From the IMG/VR virus record IMGVR_UViG_3300040801_002879, positions 23,418 to 87,417 of that record: a DNA stretch of 64,000 nt, one strand, 5' to 3'. Source of the stretch: a virus. Taxonomy: Duplodnaviria; Heunggongvirae; Uroviricota; Caudoviricetes. Positions 30,614 to 39,767 of this stretch are shown piece by piece. Numbering within the stretch: the first letter of the stretch is position 1; every line of letters starts with the position of its first letter. Under the pieces are notes generated by a model. The model worked only from the letters and a program-made list of their open reading frames with translations, was not told the DNA's origin and did no database searches. Both the position numbers and the translations under genes were made by a program.

Positions 30614-30906
30614 TATCTGCTTGCTCCTATGTGCTTAATATTATATCTTGAGTGCTCATTTCTAAATTTATAATGAAAATACCTTCCCTTGCTAGGAGCA
30701 CCTTTCCAAAAGTAATAAAAATCATCATATGCTACGTTGTCATAGAGGTATATACGTTTTTGAGACTCATTAAACTCAACATACATTCTACCAACCGCTC
30801 TTTCAATTGAATTAGTAGAATTTCGTACCCACATTACTGCATTAATGTGAGAACTAGAAACTTTTTTCCAATCTCCTTTTTTAACCTCTTTAGCATAATC
30901 AGGCAT
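30613..30906 (-). CDS. KTSC-domain protein
   Basis: The segment VSSSHINAVMWVRNSTNSIERAVGRMYVEFNESQKRIYLYDNVAYDDFYYFWKGAPSKGRYFHY matches the KTSC domain signature (S.I.sv.Y....L.V.F..G..Y.Y..V....Y..f..A.SKG.Yf). Confidence 0.6.
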   Translation of the reverse strand: MPDYAKEVKKGDWKKVSSSHINAVMWVRNSTNSIERAVGRMYVEFNESQKRIYLYDNVAYDDFYYFWKGAPSKGRYFHYKFRNEHSRYNIKHIGASR

Positions 30907-30909
30907 AAA

Positions 30910-31131
30910 CTATTCCTTACGTTCTACAATTGCTTCCCCTGCTCCGTTCCTTCCTTTATATTGAGTAAAACCTTCATCAGCATAAATAACATTGGGAGTA
31001 GACCAACTTCTAATCAGCTTGCCCCCGCATTTTTCACATGGGGGTGGGTTGTGTCTATCTTCCATGTGCATTGGTATCTCGAATGTCTCTCCGCACTGTG
31101 TACATCTAAAATCATAACGTGGCATAATCAA
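30910..31131 (-). CDS. FmdB-like zinc-ribbon protein
   Basis: It starts MPRYDFRCTQCGETFE and carries a ...CEKCGG motif. Confidence 0.55.
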   Translation of the reverse strand: MIMPRYDFRCTQCGETFEIPMHMEDRHNPPPCEKCGGKLIRSWSTPNVIYADEGFTQYKGRNGAGEAIVERKE

Positions 31132-31268
31132 ATCCTTTCTCTAAGCTAGGAATAGTAAGGCAAGTATCAGGACAAGAGCCATGAAAGCACTTCCCATAAC
31201 ACCTATAAATATTCCCAAAATAAATCCTACTACTATTACTACAATCAGGTCAAAGAAGAACTTTATCA

Positions 31269-31556
31269 TTATTTTCCTTTCTGAATAAGTCTTACTACTC
31301 TTGCAGTAAGAAAGATTGTTGCGTATACCAATAAAGTATACACCAAACCCTGCCAGTATGTCAAGTAAGGAATACCCTCAATTTTTGAAAGCTGTGCCCA
31401 TACCAGCCAAGAGAGAGACGAGGTTACAAAAATCATAGCGATATAACCTGCTTGCAGAGCTTTCTTCTGTTTTCGCAAGGCTTTCTTTTGTTTTTCGACA
31501 TTTTTCTCTTGCATTTTCTTAATTTTCTTCATCAATTCTTCTTGTTTCTTATTCAT
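31269..31556 (-). CDS. Small membrane protein
   Basis: A Lys-rich N-terminus is followed by two hydrophobic helices. Confidence 0.5.
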   Translation of the reverse strand: MNKKQEELMKKIKKMQEKNVEKQKKALRKQKKALQAGYIAMIFVTSSLSWLVWAQLSKIEGIPYLTYWQGLVYTLLVYATIFLTARVVRLIQKGK

Positions 31557-32211
31557 TTTTAATTCCTTTCAGTATGTGATTGTATACTTTTTCAACGTGG
31601 TCTAAGAACTCTTGATAGGGAGTGTCGGTTTTCATGGAGTTACATCGCCAACAGCAAGGTACACAATTTCCTATTTCATATCCCTTACTGCTATCTTTCC
31701 TATCAACCCCATTTCCTTTACTTCTATCATCATAATCTTTAGAGTTTCCACCACAATAATGACAAGGCTTACTAACTATACTCCTAAACTGTTCTAATGT
31801 CAAGTCAAAACTAAGTCCTCTTCTTTTAGCACTGCCTTTATATTGCCAGTATTTCTCCCGTTTATTTGATGCTCCATGAATATAATTATGAGCATTTTCG
31901 CCTGTGTATAACATCGTGTTGACACATTTAGGACAATAAGTTTTTCCAAATCTTCTGTAACTACTTTCTTCTCTTGTAAATAGAGACCAAAAATTTGATG
32001 TGTGCTCTTCACCACAATTATCACACCTATATCTAACTGGTATCGTGCTACTGCTCATTAAGTCTTCTACAGCAACCTCTATTTTTGTACCTCTTGGTGT
32101 TACTAGTCTTCCCCTAGTATCTTTTTTTTCTGGTACATCATAACCTAAATCCATAAAATGTTGTTTATTTACACTTCCAATTCCAACTAATACAGTTTTA
32201 TCTATAATCAT
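31549..32211 (-). CDS. HNH endonuclease
   Basis: The C-terminal CHYCGG...D..KG.E..N.VPCCWRCNSMK is an HNH motif. Additional Cys pairs are present upstream. Confidence 0.7.
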   Translation of the reverse strand: MIIDKTVLVGIGSVNKQHFMDLGYDVPEKKDTRGRLVTPRGTKIEVAVEDLMSSSTIPVRYRCDNCGEEHTSNFWSLFTREESSYRRFGKTYCPKCVNTMLYTGENAHNYIHGASNKREKYWQYKGSAKRRGLSFDLTLEQFRSIVSKPCHYCGGNSKDYDDRSKGNGVDRKDSSKGYEIGNCVPCCWRCNSMKTDTPYQEFLDHVEKVYNHILKGIKNE

Positions 32212-32283
32212 TATCTGCTCCTTATTTTATATGTTGTCTTACTTACTCCAATCGAACTCAATAAGGTACAGAGTATTAATGGA

Positions 32284-33327
32284 TTATTTTATAAAGCTTA
32301 GTATGTGAACTATCACGTCTACTGTAAAAGAGTTTCCTAATGCCCGTAATCGTTGGGTTTTAGAGATAGGTTTCGTTTTGTCACCAAAATCGCCCATGGC
32401 GGTATAGCCCTCATAGAACGTTTGCAGTCTCTCGACCTCAGTTGGGTGAAATTCTCTTGCACCATCAACGTCTTTGAGTACGTTGTAAGGCACACCTTTT
32501 GCCCAATTAGCTACAACGGTTGCGCTCTTGCTATCTCGAATGTCTGAGTGGTGAGCAAAATCCCAATGGGTACGCCCATCTGCCACCCTACGATTCATGT
32601 AAGCTAAGCCCTTCTCACTCAAGGCAAGCTCTTCTCTAAGCTCTTTAATATGCTCTACTGCTTCGATTTTGATAGCTGATGGGATAGACCCACCACCAGA
32701 GTTAGCACGAATAGTAGGAGATTTCTCAAGAAAAGCACGCATGTTAGGCTCACTAAAGCCACCATAGATATTGTGGATAGCTACAGGAAACACGTTTGGG
32801 TACAGAACGTCTACTAATTCAATTCCTCTGTCCTCTGGTTGAGTAACGTTAGGAATGTTGGTCCAATACAGGCGTTCCCTGCGTTGTGCGCTAACGAGTG
32901 CGCTATCAATCAGGATAGGCTCTACTCCCATAATTTCAGTCATTTCATCCTGCCACTCCTGTTTCATTTTTACGTTTTCAAGCAGGAAATAAACATCAGG
33001 ATTTAGCTCTTTGACATGTTCAAGAATGTCTACAAAGTCATAGAACAGTCGGGAGTCTGACCCTTCCAGTCCTCTACCGTTACCTGCTCGGCTAAGCTGA
33101 GTGCAGGGAGACCCACCAATAACAAGGTCAATCTCGCCAAAGGGAATGTCCCACTCCTGCCACTTAGTAATATCGCCAAGCTGAATAGTATCAGGATGAT
33201 TAAACTGAGTGATAGCAATAGCATACTTGTCAATCTCACTAGCGTAGTAGGCATCAACTTCAATTTCTAATTCCTCTAGTGCTAATTGTGCTCCTGAAAT
33301 TCCGTCAAATAATGATAATACTTTCAT
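32284..33327 (-). CDS. DNA (cytosine-5)-methyltransferase
   Basis: Motif I LSLFDGISG, motif IV GGSPCTQLS and motif VI LLENV are all present. Confidence 0.85.
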   Translation of the reverse strand: MKVLSLFDGISGAQLALEELEIEVDAYYASEIDKYAIAITQFNHPDTIQLGDITKWQEWDIPFGEIDLVIGGSPCTQLSRAGNGRGLEGSDSRLFYDFVDILEHVKELNPDVYFLLENVKMKQEWQDEMTEIMGVEPILIDSALVSAQRRERLYWTNIPNVTQPEDRGIELVDVLYPNVFPVAIHNIYGGFSEPNMRAFLEKSPTIRANSGGGSIPSAIKIEAVEHIKELREELALSEKGLAYMNRRVADGRTHWDFAHHSDIRDSKSATVVANWAKGVPYNVLKDVDGAREFHPTEVERLQTFYEGYTAMGDFGDKTKPISKTQRLRALGNSFTVDVIVHILSFIK

Positions 33328-33581
33328 TCCTCTACTCCTTCTTTAATATAGCTGATAAGAAACTTTTGCAAGGTTTCAGGTAAATCTTCCCAATTTTTCC
33401 CTTGTCCTAAACCAACGGTGAAGTCGCCCTGATTGCTAGAAAATACGCCTTGTGGATGAGAGGGGCTGTCGCTTGCAGTAAGAGTTTCGTAGTTGTCTCC
33501 CCAATCAATTCCTATAATCCAGCAGTCGGCAAACCCATTATCAAATCCTATAAATTCAATTTGTTCTGGTCTCTCAAACAT
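33324..33581 (-). CDS. Hypothetical protein
   Basis: It is 85 aa, lies upstream of and is coupled to the methyltransferase gene, and has its own promoter cassette. Confidence 0.5.
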   Translation of the reverse strand: MFERPEQIEFIGFDNGFADCWIIGIDWGDNYETLTASDSPSHPQGVFSSNQGDFTVGLGQGKNWEDLPETLQKFLISYIKEGVEE

Positions 33582-33617
33582 TCGTATCTCCTTTGCTCTG
33601 TTTACTTAACTGTACTA

Positions 33618-33672
33618 ATTCTACTACATGCCAAGGGTAAAGTCAATGGTTTAATGTTAATAGATTGTTAAC
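33618..33672 (-). promoter_or_regulatory. Promoter cassette (GTTAACAATCTATTAACAT, then TTGACT-17-TAGAAT)
   Basis: The -35 is at 33641-46 and the -10 at 33618-23. Confidence 0.65.
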
Positions 33673-33940
33673 GCTTTATGTACGCATTTACTACAGTGCC
33701 AAAAGGATAGGGGGGTGTATGGTGTAATATGTCTATCCAATAAACATTTTCATCTAACATGACGATTGCCCCTCCTCTGTCTCGACATGTATAAGTACGC
33801 CCATCTAAAACAATCTCTGTACCAAAAAGTAATTCTCTAGGACAAGCGATAGTATTATTCTTGCCCCAATAATCCTGCCAAGGCTCTCCGTTAGCCATAC
33901 GAGAAATACATTCGCCATTGACAAAGCTAGCGCAATTCAC
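33668..33940 (-). CDS. Hypothetical Cys-rich protein
   Basis: It is 90 aa. Confidence 0.45.
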   Translation of the reverse strand: MNCASFVNGECISRMANGEPWQDYWGKNNTIACPRELLFGTEIVLDGRTYTCRDRGGAIVMLDENVYWIDILHHTPPYPFGTVVNAYIKR

Positions 33941-34044
33941 ACCGCCTTTAGCAGGAACGTAATAAGAAATCTTTACTTTTATAGGTACAAGGTTGTCTGC
34001 TACCTCTGTAGGGGTAGGCTCAACAGTCTCTACAGGCGTAGGGG

Positions 34045-34269
34045 TTACTGAGACTGGTTTGGAGTAAAATTTGTTTCACCGTTATTGATAATAACCTGAG
34101 CTTCCTGAATATAGTCGGCTAAACCATCACCGTTTATATCAATAAATCGGTTTTCAATTGTGACAACATTTGTTTCTTGCTGATTTGCATACAGATAAAA
34201 ACCAGCAGACACTATAAAAAGTGCTCCCAACAGTACAACAATAATTAGTTTTCTTACTTTATTATCCAT
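34045..34269 (-). CDS. Small membrane-anchored protein
   Basis: An N-terminal TM helix is followed by a DINGDGLADY-like motif. Confidence 0.45.
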   Translation of the reverse strand: MDNKVRKLIIVVLLGALFIVSAGFYLYANQQETNVVTIENRFIDINGDGLADYIQEAQVIINNGETNFTPNQSQ

Positions 34270-34281
34270 TATATATCCTTT

Positions 34282-34719
34282 CTAAAAATCTCTCATAATT
34301 AATCGCCAAAACTCATGTCTGGCGTGTAGGTAGCTAGGATGAAAAGGTCTGGTGTAATGTAGTGCTTCATCAAATTCTTCTCTATCCATGGGTTGTACAA
34401 TCTTATCTGTATGTGCTCGCCAAGGCTCTCCTTCGCCCCTGCGCCATAAGATAAACTCTACGCCCTCTTGCTCACAAATCCAAACATTCAGGAGCGCATG
34501 AATTTTAGTGACAACCTCAAAGAGGTCATCTTCATTTCCATGCTTCCAAACAGACCAGAAATGCTTGTCTCTGATAAGCTCTGACACTTTACGATGTTTT
34601 TTCGTGCCATATTGCTCATCAATAGGTCGAGTAGTCATATAATCTCTTTCTCTAGGCTTGAATTGCCAATTATCCAGATACTTCATTACCGTATGCCTGC
34701 GTTGTAAATAGCTCGTCAA
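34282..34719 (-). CDS. Hypothetical protein
   Basis: It is 145 aa. Confidence 0.5.
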   Translation of the reverse strand: MTSYLQRRHTVMKYLDNWQFKPRERDYMTTRPIDEQYGTKKHRKVSELIRDKHFWSVWKHGNEDDLFEVVTKIHALLNVWICEQEGVEFILWRRGEGEPWRAHTDKIVQPMDREEFDEALHYTRPFHPSYLHARHEFWRLIMRDF

Positions 34720-34942
34720 TGTAATAAAGTTGTGGCTTTACTTCAAAATCTTCGTAGTCCTCAAAATCAGGATGTTCGAAGTCCACAAAAAATCTAGCAG
34801 TCTTTTCATCATAACCACCATTTAGAATTTCTGCGTCTTGTGGAATTGCTTTGCAATAAGAGGTTTCCATTTCCAGAAAATTATCTTTTACAAATGCGTT
34901 CAATAGTGTATCAAACTTAATATATGCTCTTGCTACTCCCAT
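34670..34942 (-). CDS. Hypothetical protein
   Basis: It is 90 aa. It overlaps the downstream gene in a different frame, so the start may be later. Confidence 0.4.
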   Translation of the reverse strand: MGVARAYIKFDTLLNAFVKDNFLEMETSYCKAIPQDAEILNGGYDEKTARFFVDFEHPDFEDYEDFEVKPQLYYIDELFTTQAYGNEVSG

Positions 34943-35025
34943 TATATACTCCTTTGTCTAATCCAATTCCCTTATATTCTACTACATTTCTGTAATAAAA
35001 TCAAGGGAATTTTGTTAATGATTTG

Positions 35026-36243
35026 TTAAGAGGATTTAAAATTGTAGATAGGTTTGATGATTTTTAATATTCTTACGCTGTCCTGCACATTATCTACAAT
35101 ATCCTCTAAGCTTTTGTAAGCCATGGGTGCTTCATCTAAGGTACTTTGCCCTACCGATGTGGTGTAAATGCCTTCCATGGTGTCTCTAAAGTCCTCTAAG
35201 CTAAGCTCAGACTTTGCTTGCCCTCTGCTCATTAGCCTACCTGCGCCATGGGGAGCAGAGAAATTCCAATCAGGGTTGCCTTTGCCTTCACAAAGTAAGC
35301 TACCGTCTCTCATGTTGATAGGAATTAGTAGTTTCTGACCTTCATATGCTTCTACTGCGCCCTTACGGATAATATTGTCTTTGAAGCTAATAAAGTTATG
35401 AGTTGTGTGAAAAAAGTTAAATTGGTCCAATGCTCCTAAGCCTATATAATTTAGGATAACTCTAGCCATAACCTTACGATTATACTTAGCATATTCCTGA
35501 GCAATTTCCATATCGTGCAAATAATCTTCTCTATGTTGTCCTGTTAGAAAACATAGCTCAGCAGGATATTGAGGATGTTGCTTATCAAACTTAGCTCTAA
35601 GCTTTTTTAGCTCCTTAGAAATTTGTTTTTGCTTGCCTTCCTTCTTTAGGCGTTTAATCAATTCCTCTTGTTCTTTTTGGTAGCTAGCAGTGTTTTTACA
35701 ATCTTCTATTGCCAAATCCTGATAATATTTAGCAACCTGTAAGCCAAGGTTTCTGCTTCCAGAGTGGATAACTAAGTATAGGTTGCCTTCATCATCTTTA
35801 TCAACCTCTACGTAATGATTGCCTGAGCCAAGAGTACCTAACTGTGCTTCGTAATTTTTATCTGGTATGTTTTTTAGGCACTTTAGTTCTTTAATACTAT
35901 CAAATAAGGCTATAGGAGATTTGTGAGAGTTGAAACCAGCAGGTACGTATTCATGGATTACCTTGTCTAACTTTTCTAAATCCATTTCTATTTTACCTAA
36001 TTTGACTGTTAACATCCCACATCCAATATCAACTCCGACTAAATTAGGCACTACTTTATCCCCTAAGTTAGCAGTAAAACCTATAACGCACCCTGCTCCT
36101 GAATGTACATCAGGCATAATACGTACCTTAGCGTCTTTAGCGAAAGGTTGGTTTAGTAGTTGTATAATTTGTCCTTGTGCTGAGCTTTCTACTTTGTCTG
36201 TAAAAATTTTTGCTCTTCCGTATTTACCGTCTACAAAAAACAT
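35026..36243 (-). CDS. rtcB: RtcB-family RNA ligase
   Basis: The motifs MPDVHSGAGCVIG, GSGNHYVEVD and APHGAGRLMSRGQAK match the RtcB metal/GTP-binding and catalytic-His signatures. Confidence 0.85.
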   Translation of the reverse strand: MFFVDGKYGRAKIFTDKVESSAQGQIIQLLNQPFAKDAKVRIMPDVHSGAGCVIGFTANLGDKVVPNLVGVDIGCGMLTVKLGKIEMDLEKLDKVIHEYVPAGFNSHKSPIALFDSIKELKCLKNIPDKNYEAQLGTLGSGNHYVEVDKDDEGNLYLVIHSGSRNLGLQVAKYYQDLAIEDCKNTASYQKEQEELIKRLKKEGKQKQISKELKKLRAKFDKQHPQYPAELCFLTGQHREDYLHDMEIAQEYAKYNRKVMARVILNYIGLGALDQFNFFHTTHNFISFKDNIIRKGAVEAYEGQKLLIPINMRDGSLLCEGKGNPDWNFSAPHGAGRLMSRGQAKSELSLEDFRDTMEGIYTTSVGQSTLDEAPMAYKSLEDIVDNVQDSVRILKIIKPIYNFKSS

Positions 36244-36287
36244 GGTTGTCTCCTTTATATAAAAAATCCCTGCATTTCATTATAAGC

Positions 36288-36342
36288 ATTATACTACATA
36301 CTCTTCTGAAATGCAAGGATAAAATGTTAACAGATTGTTAAG
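36288..36342 (-). promoter_or_regulatory. Promoter cassette upstream of rtcB (CTTAACAATCTGTTAACAT, then TTGCAT-17-TATAAT)
   Basis: The -35 is the reverse complement at 36311-16 and the -10 at 36288-93. The repeat at 36325-42 is identical to the + strand copy at 60050. Confidence 0.7.
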
Positions 36343-36347
36343 AAATC

Positions 36348-37142
36348 TTATTCAGGATTTACCAAGTAATCTGCTATGTCAAACACTGGCTCTGTACCAC
36401 TGATAACCTGCGGTAATTGTCCATTCCAATTTGTCAAGAATAAATATTGGAGATAGCTCTCACTTAGTGCGCCTGTGTTATTCAAAATTTCTTGAGCATC
36501 AGCTTCTGCTTGAGCATTAATCTTAATTGTCTCAGCGTTAATTTCTGCTTGTTCTCTCTCTAATTTAGCAATTTCTACTTTCTGTTCCTGTACCTGTTTT
36601 TGCTCAATAGAGTTATTATATTCGGCTGAGAATTGAATGTCCTCAATATTTAGCGTTTGAATAATAATATAGAAAGGCTCTAATTCACTCTGTAATTGTG
36701 CTTGTGCTACCTGACTTAGCTCTTCTCTTTGAATAATAATCTGTTCTGCTGTATATTGTGCGGTAGCTGATTTGAACGCCTGTTCAATTTGAGGTTTAAT
36801 TATAATATCCTCATATTCCCTGCCAACTTCCTGATAAAGGTCGGCTGCACGCTCCCCAATAATTCTATAGTTGACAGAAACAATAGCTGATACTGCTTGT
36901 AGATTTGAGCTACCTGCTTCTGTTTGTAATTCAAGCTTTTGCGTTTGAGCAGACATTAATTTTCTGCCTTCAACAAGCGGAATTTTCAAACCAACGCCAG
37001 GATTTACTACTCTGTTGATAGCCCCAAAGCGTGTAATAACGCCTACGTGACCTGCTGGTACAGAGTACACTGAAAAAAGTACTACCACTACTAGCAAGAA
37101 CGCTCCTACTAGCCCTGCAATAAACTTACCTTCACTATTCAT
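36348..37142 (-). CDS. SPFH/band-7 (HflC/prohibitin-like) membrane protein
   Basis: An N-terminal TM helix is followed by an SPFH core (HVGVITRFGAINRVVNPGVGLKIPLVE) and a coiled-coil Gln/Glu-rich tail. Confidence 0.8.
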   Translation of the reverse strand: MNSEGKFIAGLVGAFLLVVVVLFSVYSVPAGHVGVITRFGAINRVVNPGVGLKIPLVEGRKLMSAQTQKLELQTEAGSSNLQAVSAIVSVNYRIIGERAADLYQEVGREYEDIIIKPQIEQAFKSATAQYTAEQIIIQREELSQVAQAQLQSELEPFYIIIQTLNIEDIQFSAEYNNSIEQKQVQEQKVEIAKLEREQAEINAETIKINAQAEADAQEILNNTGALSESYLQYLFLTNWNGQLPQVISGTEPVFDIADYLVNPE

Positions 37143-37153
37143 TTACTACTCCT

Positions 37154-37408
37154 TTACTCATATTGGTTTGGGTCACGGAAAGGACTTGTTCCTTTGCGAA
37201 AGTCAAGATACTTGTCCAATTCCGCTTTGAACTGCTCAATCTCAAATGGATTGAGGTCGAAGAACAAGGCTACTGCAATTGCTAAGCCCTGTCGTTTCTC
37301 ATTACTGTTTGGTCTTTCAGAGTCCTCTAAGAACAAGCTTCTGAAAGCTGTAGCCACTGCTACCTTACGAACTGCTTCGGGAATATCGTACCCACTTCTA
37401 TAAGTCAT
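37154..37408 (-). CDS. Hypothetical protein
   Basis: It is 84 aa. Confidence 0.5.
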   Translation of the reverse strand: MTYRSGYDIPEAVRKVAVATAFRSLFLEDSERPNSNEKRQGLAIAVALFFDLNPFEIEQFKAELDKYLDFRKGTSPFRDPNQYE

Positions 37409-37855
37409 TTATGACTCCTTTCGTTGGTATAAACCAACAACTAAAGCGATTATTGTTAAAACTACTGCTATAAACCATCTTGTATCAGTCGGATAAGCAG
37501 GGAAAAACCCAAGCCATTTGCCAAGCCATGTTAGTGTTAAGTAAATAGATGGTACTAGGCTACCTAATGCAATAATTACTTGTAATATTATACTAAGAAG
37601 GCTCTTACCAAAAAGTAACTGAGTGCCTGTAAGTCCAATAACTATTATAATTATTGTTAAAAAGGTAGCAACAAAGTTCATAAGAAATAGGCTTGCTATA
37701 ATACTAATAGTCGTATTAATAAGTGGGTTTTCAATAACACCCCCACCAATTACTATCCCCGACCATAAAATTACTCCCATGAGTGTATTAAATAAAAATC
37801 CTAAAAGTGGTTTTTTATTCATATTTTCCTTTCTATAAATACATATCTTGTTCAA
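37409..37855 (-). CDS. Polytopic membrane protein
   Basis: It has four hydrophobic helices and is AT-rich. Confidence 0.55.
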   Translation of the reverse strand: MNKICIYRKENMNKKPLLGFLFNTLMGVILWSGIVIGGGVIENPLINTTISIIASLFLMNFVATFLTIIIIVIGLTGTQLLFGKSLLSIILQVIIALGSLVPSIYLTLTWLGKWLGFFPAYPTDTRWFIAVVLTIIALVVGLYQRKES

Positions 37856-38177
37856 ACGCTATCAAAACAGCTTCTAAAGGGTCGTAAGAACCTCCACTAT
37901 TTATCTGGTCTGCCCTGAAAGCTGGTACGTGGGTATAGACACGCCAATAATCTTTATCGTTCTCATCTTCCTCTAACCTAGCCCCATATTCTAAAGGCTC
38001 TTGTGAAATGTCCCCGTTTCTATAAAACTGAAATGATATGAGGTCTCTTTTTTTCTGTATTTTCATTATACTAAAAAAGTCTCCTGCAATCGTAAGCGTG
38101 TATTCATTTTCCTCATATATTCTTGAAACGACAATTGCTATATGTTTTCTAAGCTGGTAAATCTTTGATTTAATCAT
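37833..38177 (-). CDS. Hypothetical protein
   Basis: It is 114 aa. Confidence 0.5.
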   Translation of the reverse strand: MIKSKIYQLRKHIAIVVSRIYEENEYTLTIAGDFFSIMKIQKKRDLISFQFYRNGDISQEPLEYGARLEEDENDKDYWRVYTHVPAFRADQINSGGSYDPLEAVLIAFEQDMYL

Positions 38178-38219
38178 AATTGTATTATACCATCTTTTCA
38201 GGATTTGTCAAGTCCAAAC

Positions 38220-39272
38220 TTAGACTAGTTTTGCAAACCTCTCTCTGGCGTTTTCATCCAGCACATAAAAATCATTCAAGTCTTTATGTTCTTCTGGTAG
38301 AAAGACAGGCTCTGTCATAAAAGGCATTAACTCTTGCCACCTACTAAGTGCATCCATACCTGCTTTATCATTATCAGGAACAGGTCTAAGTGTCCTGCCA
38401 TCCAGCTTGTCTCTAATTATCTTTACATGAGCAGTAGAAAGAGACGTACCAGATAAGGCTATTGCGCTATAGCCCCAATATATAGCTATCATAGCGTTTA
38501 GTGCCCCTTCCATAAGCAGAACATCACTTCTGTCTACAAAAGGTAATTCAATACCAAAAATAGGTTTTCTAAAATTAGGTACGCCTAGGTATTTGTTTCG
38601 GTTAAATTCTATTGCTCTGCCATACAGATACAAAGGGTTTCCTCTAGCGTCAACATCAGCAAATACAACCCTATTATGAAAAAACTCATAGAATTTGTTC
38701 TTGCCCTGTCGGACCAAACCAGCGTAGACCTGCTCTTTACGTGAAATACTTGCCAGCGAGAGAAAATCACTATCATATTGAGGACAAAAGCCAAAGTGCC
38801 ATTTGTCTAATACTTCTTGAGGGAGTTTTCTTCGTTTTATATAGTTTCGAGCTTGTGTATTTTCATTTAGCTCCCTCTTATAGAAGTACAACGCCATTTT
38901 CCAGAGGTAGGTCACGTTAGGAGTCCTCTTATGGTAGGTAGCAGTAGGTGTTTTGATAGTGCGAGTGGGTGTCTCATTCTCTAGGCTATCTAAAGCTTTT
39001 CTAAACATTTCAGTGTTACTAACATCCCACTCACTACCAAACTTAAGCATACCAACAAAGTCAATCAAGTCACCAGATACATTACAGCTACCCGCATGAC
39101 ATTTGAAGTACCAATTGCCATCAGCAGGGAATATAGAAAAGCTAGGTCGGGAGTCTTTGTGAAAAGGACATAATCCTAAATATCCGCTACCGCTTTCGTG
39201 TAATTCCATGCCAGCATTTTTAGCTACTTCTGGTAGACTATGTTTCTGCTTAATTCGAGAAATTCTGCTCAA
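38220..39272 (-). CDS. DnaG-type DNA primase (CHC2 zinc finger plus Toprim)
   Basis: GLCPFHKDSRPSFSIF...YFKCHAGSC is a CHC2 finger. The Toprim acidic motifs are EGALNAMIA and PDNDKAG. Confidence 0.75.
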   Translation of the reverse strand: MSRISRIKQKHSLPEVAKNAGMELHESGSGYLGLCPFHKDSRPSFSIFPADGNWYFKCHAGSCNVSGDLIDFVGMLKFGSEWDVSNTEMFRKALDSLENETPTRTIKTPTATYHKRTPNVTYLWKMALYFYKRELNENTQARNYIKRRKLPQEVLDKWHFGFCPQYDSDFLSLASISRKEQVYAGLVRQGKNKFYEFFHNRVVFADVDARGNPLYLYGRAIEFNRNKYLGVPNFRKPIFGIELPFVDRSDVLLMEGALNAMIAIYWGYSAIALSGTSLSTAHVKIIRDKLDGRTLRPVPDNDKAGMDALSRWQELMPFMTEPVFLPEEHKDLNDFYVLDENARERFAKLV

Positions 39273-39275
39273 GAT

Positions 39276-39767
39276 TTACTCCTGTACTTCGCCACTCTCG
39301 ATAGCTTTCACCAACGCACTACGACTACCATAGACATACTTGCCAAGAGCTTCAAGAAAACCATACTCTCTCGAATATTCATCATCTTCGCTAGGTCTAA
39401 CCGTTACGACTGTGCCATCCTTGAATTTCAAAGCGACAACCTGCTTCTTGTCGTTATAGAAAACCATTTCAGGTTTCACTTTCTCTTTAGCATCTTCCTC
39501 AGTTATGCCAAATACACTTTCAAAACTAATCATCCAACTACCACTTGCCCTATCCATATCCATATTTGCCATCGGTAATCCTTTCTTTTCTAACGTAATA
39601 ACTGTTTTAGGCTCTCCCATCCAACTGTTTTCTATCTCGACCTGAGTAACATAGTACTCATCATTGAGCAGAGGAAGGGGTTGTGTAACGTGTCTCAATT
39701 CTTCCACATTTTTCATTATTAATTCTGTATCTTTTGATATAATATCTCCAAAGCTCATGCTGTCCAA
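39276..39767 (-). CDS. Hypothetical protein
   Basis: It is 163 aa. Confidence 0.5.
   Translation of the reverse strand: MDSMSFGDIISKDTELIMKNVEELRHVTQPLPLLNDEYYVTQVEIENSWMGEPKTVITLEKKGLPMANMDMDRASGSWMISFESVFGITEEDAKEKVKPEMVFYNDKKQVVALKFKDGTVVTVRPSEDDEYSREYGFLEALGKYVYGSRSALVKAIESGEVQE

Noticed and set aside
35930-36262. A + strand ORF antisense to rtcB
   Set aside because: It is antisense to a gene with strong conserved motifs, and has no promoter or RBS.
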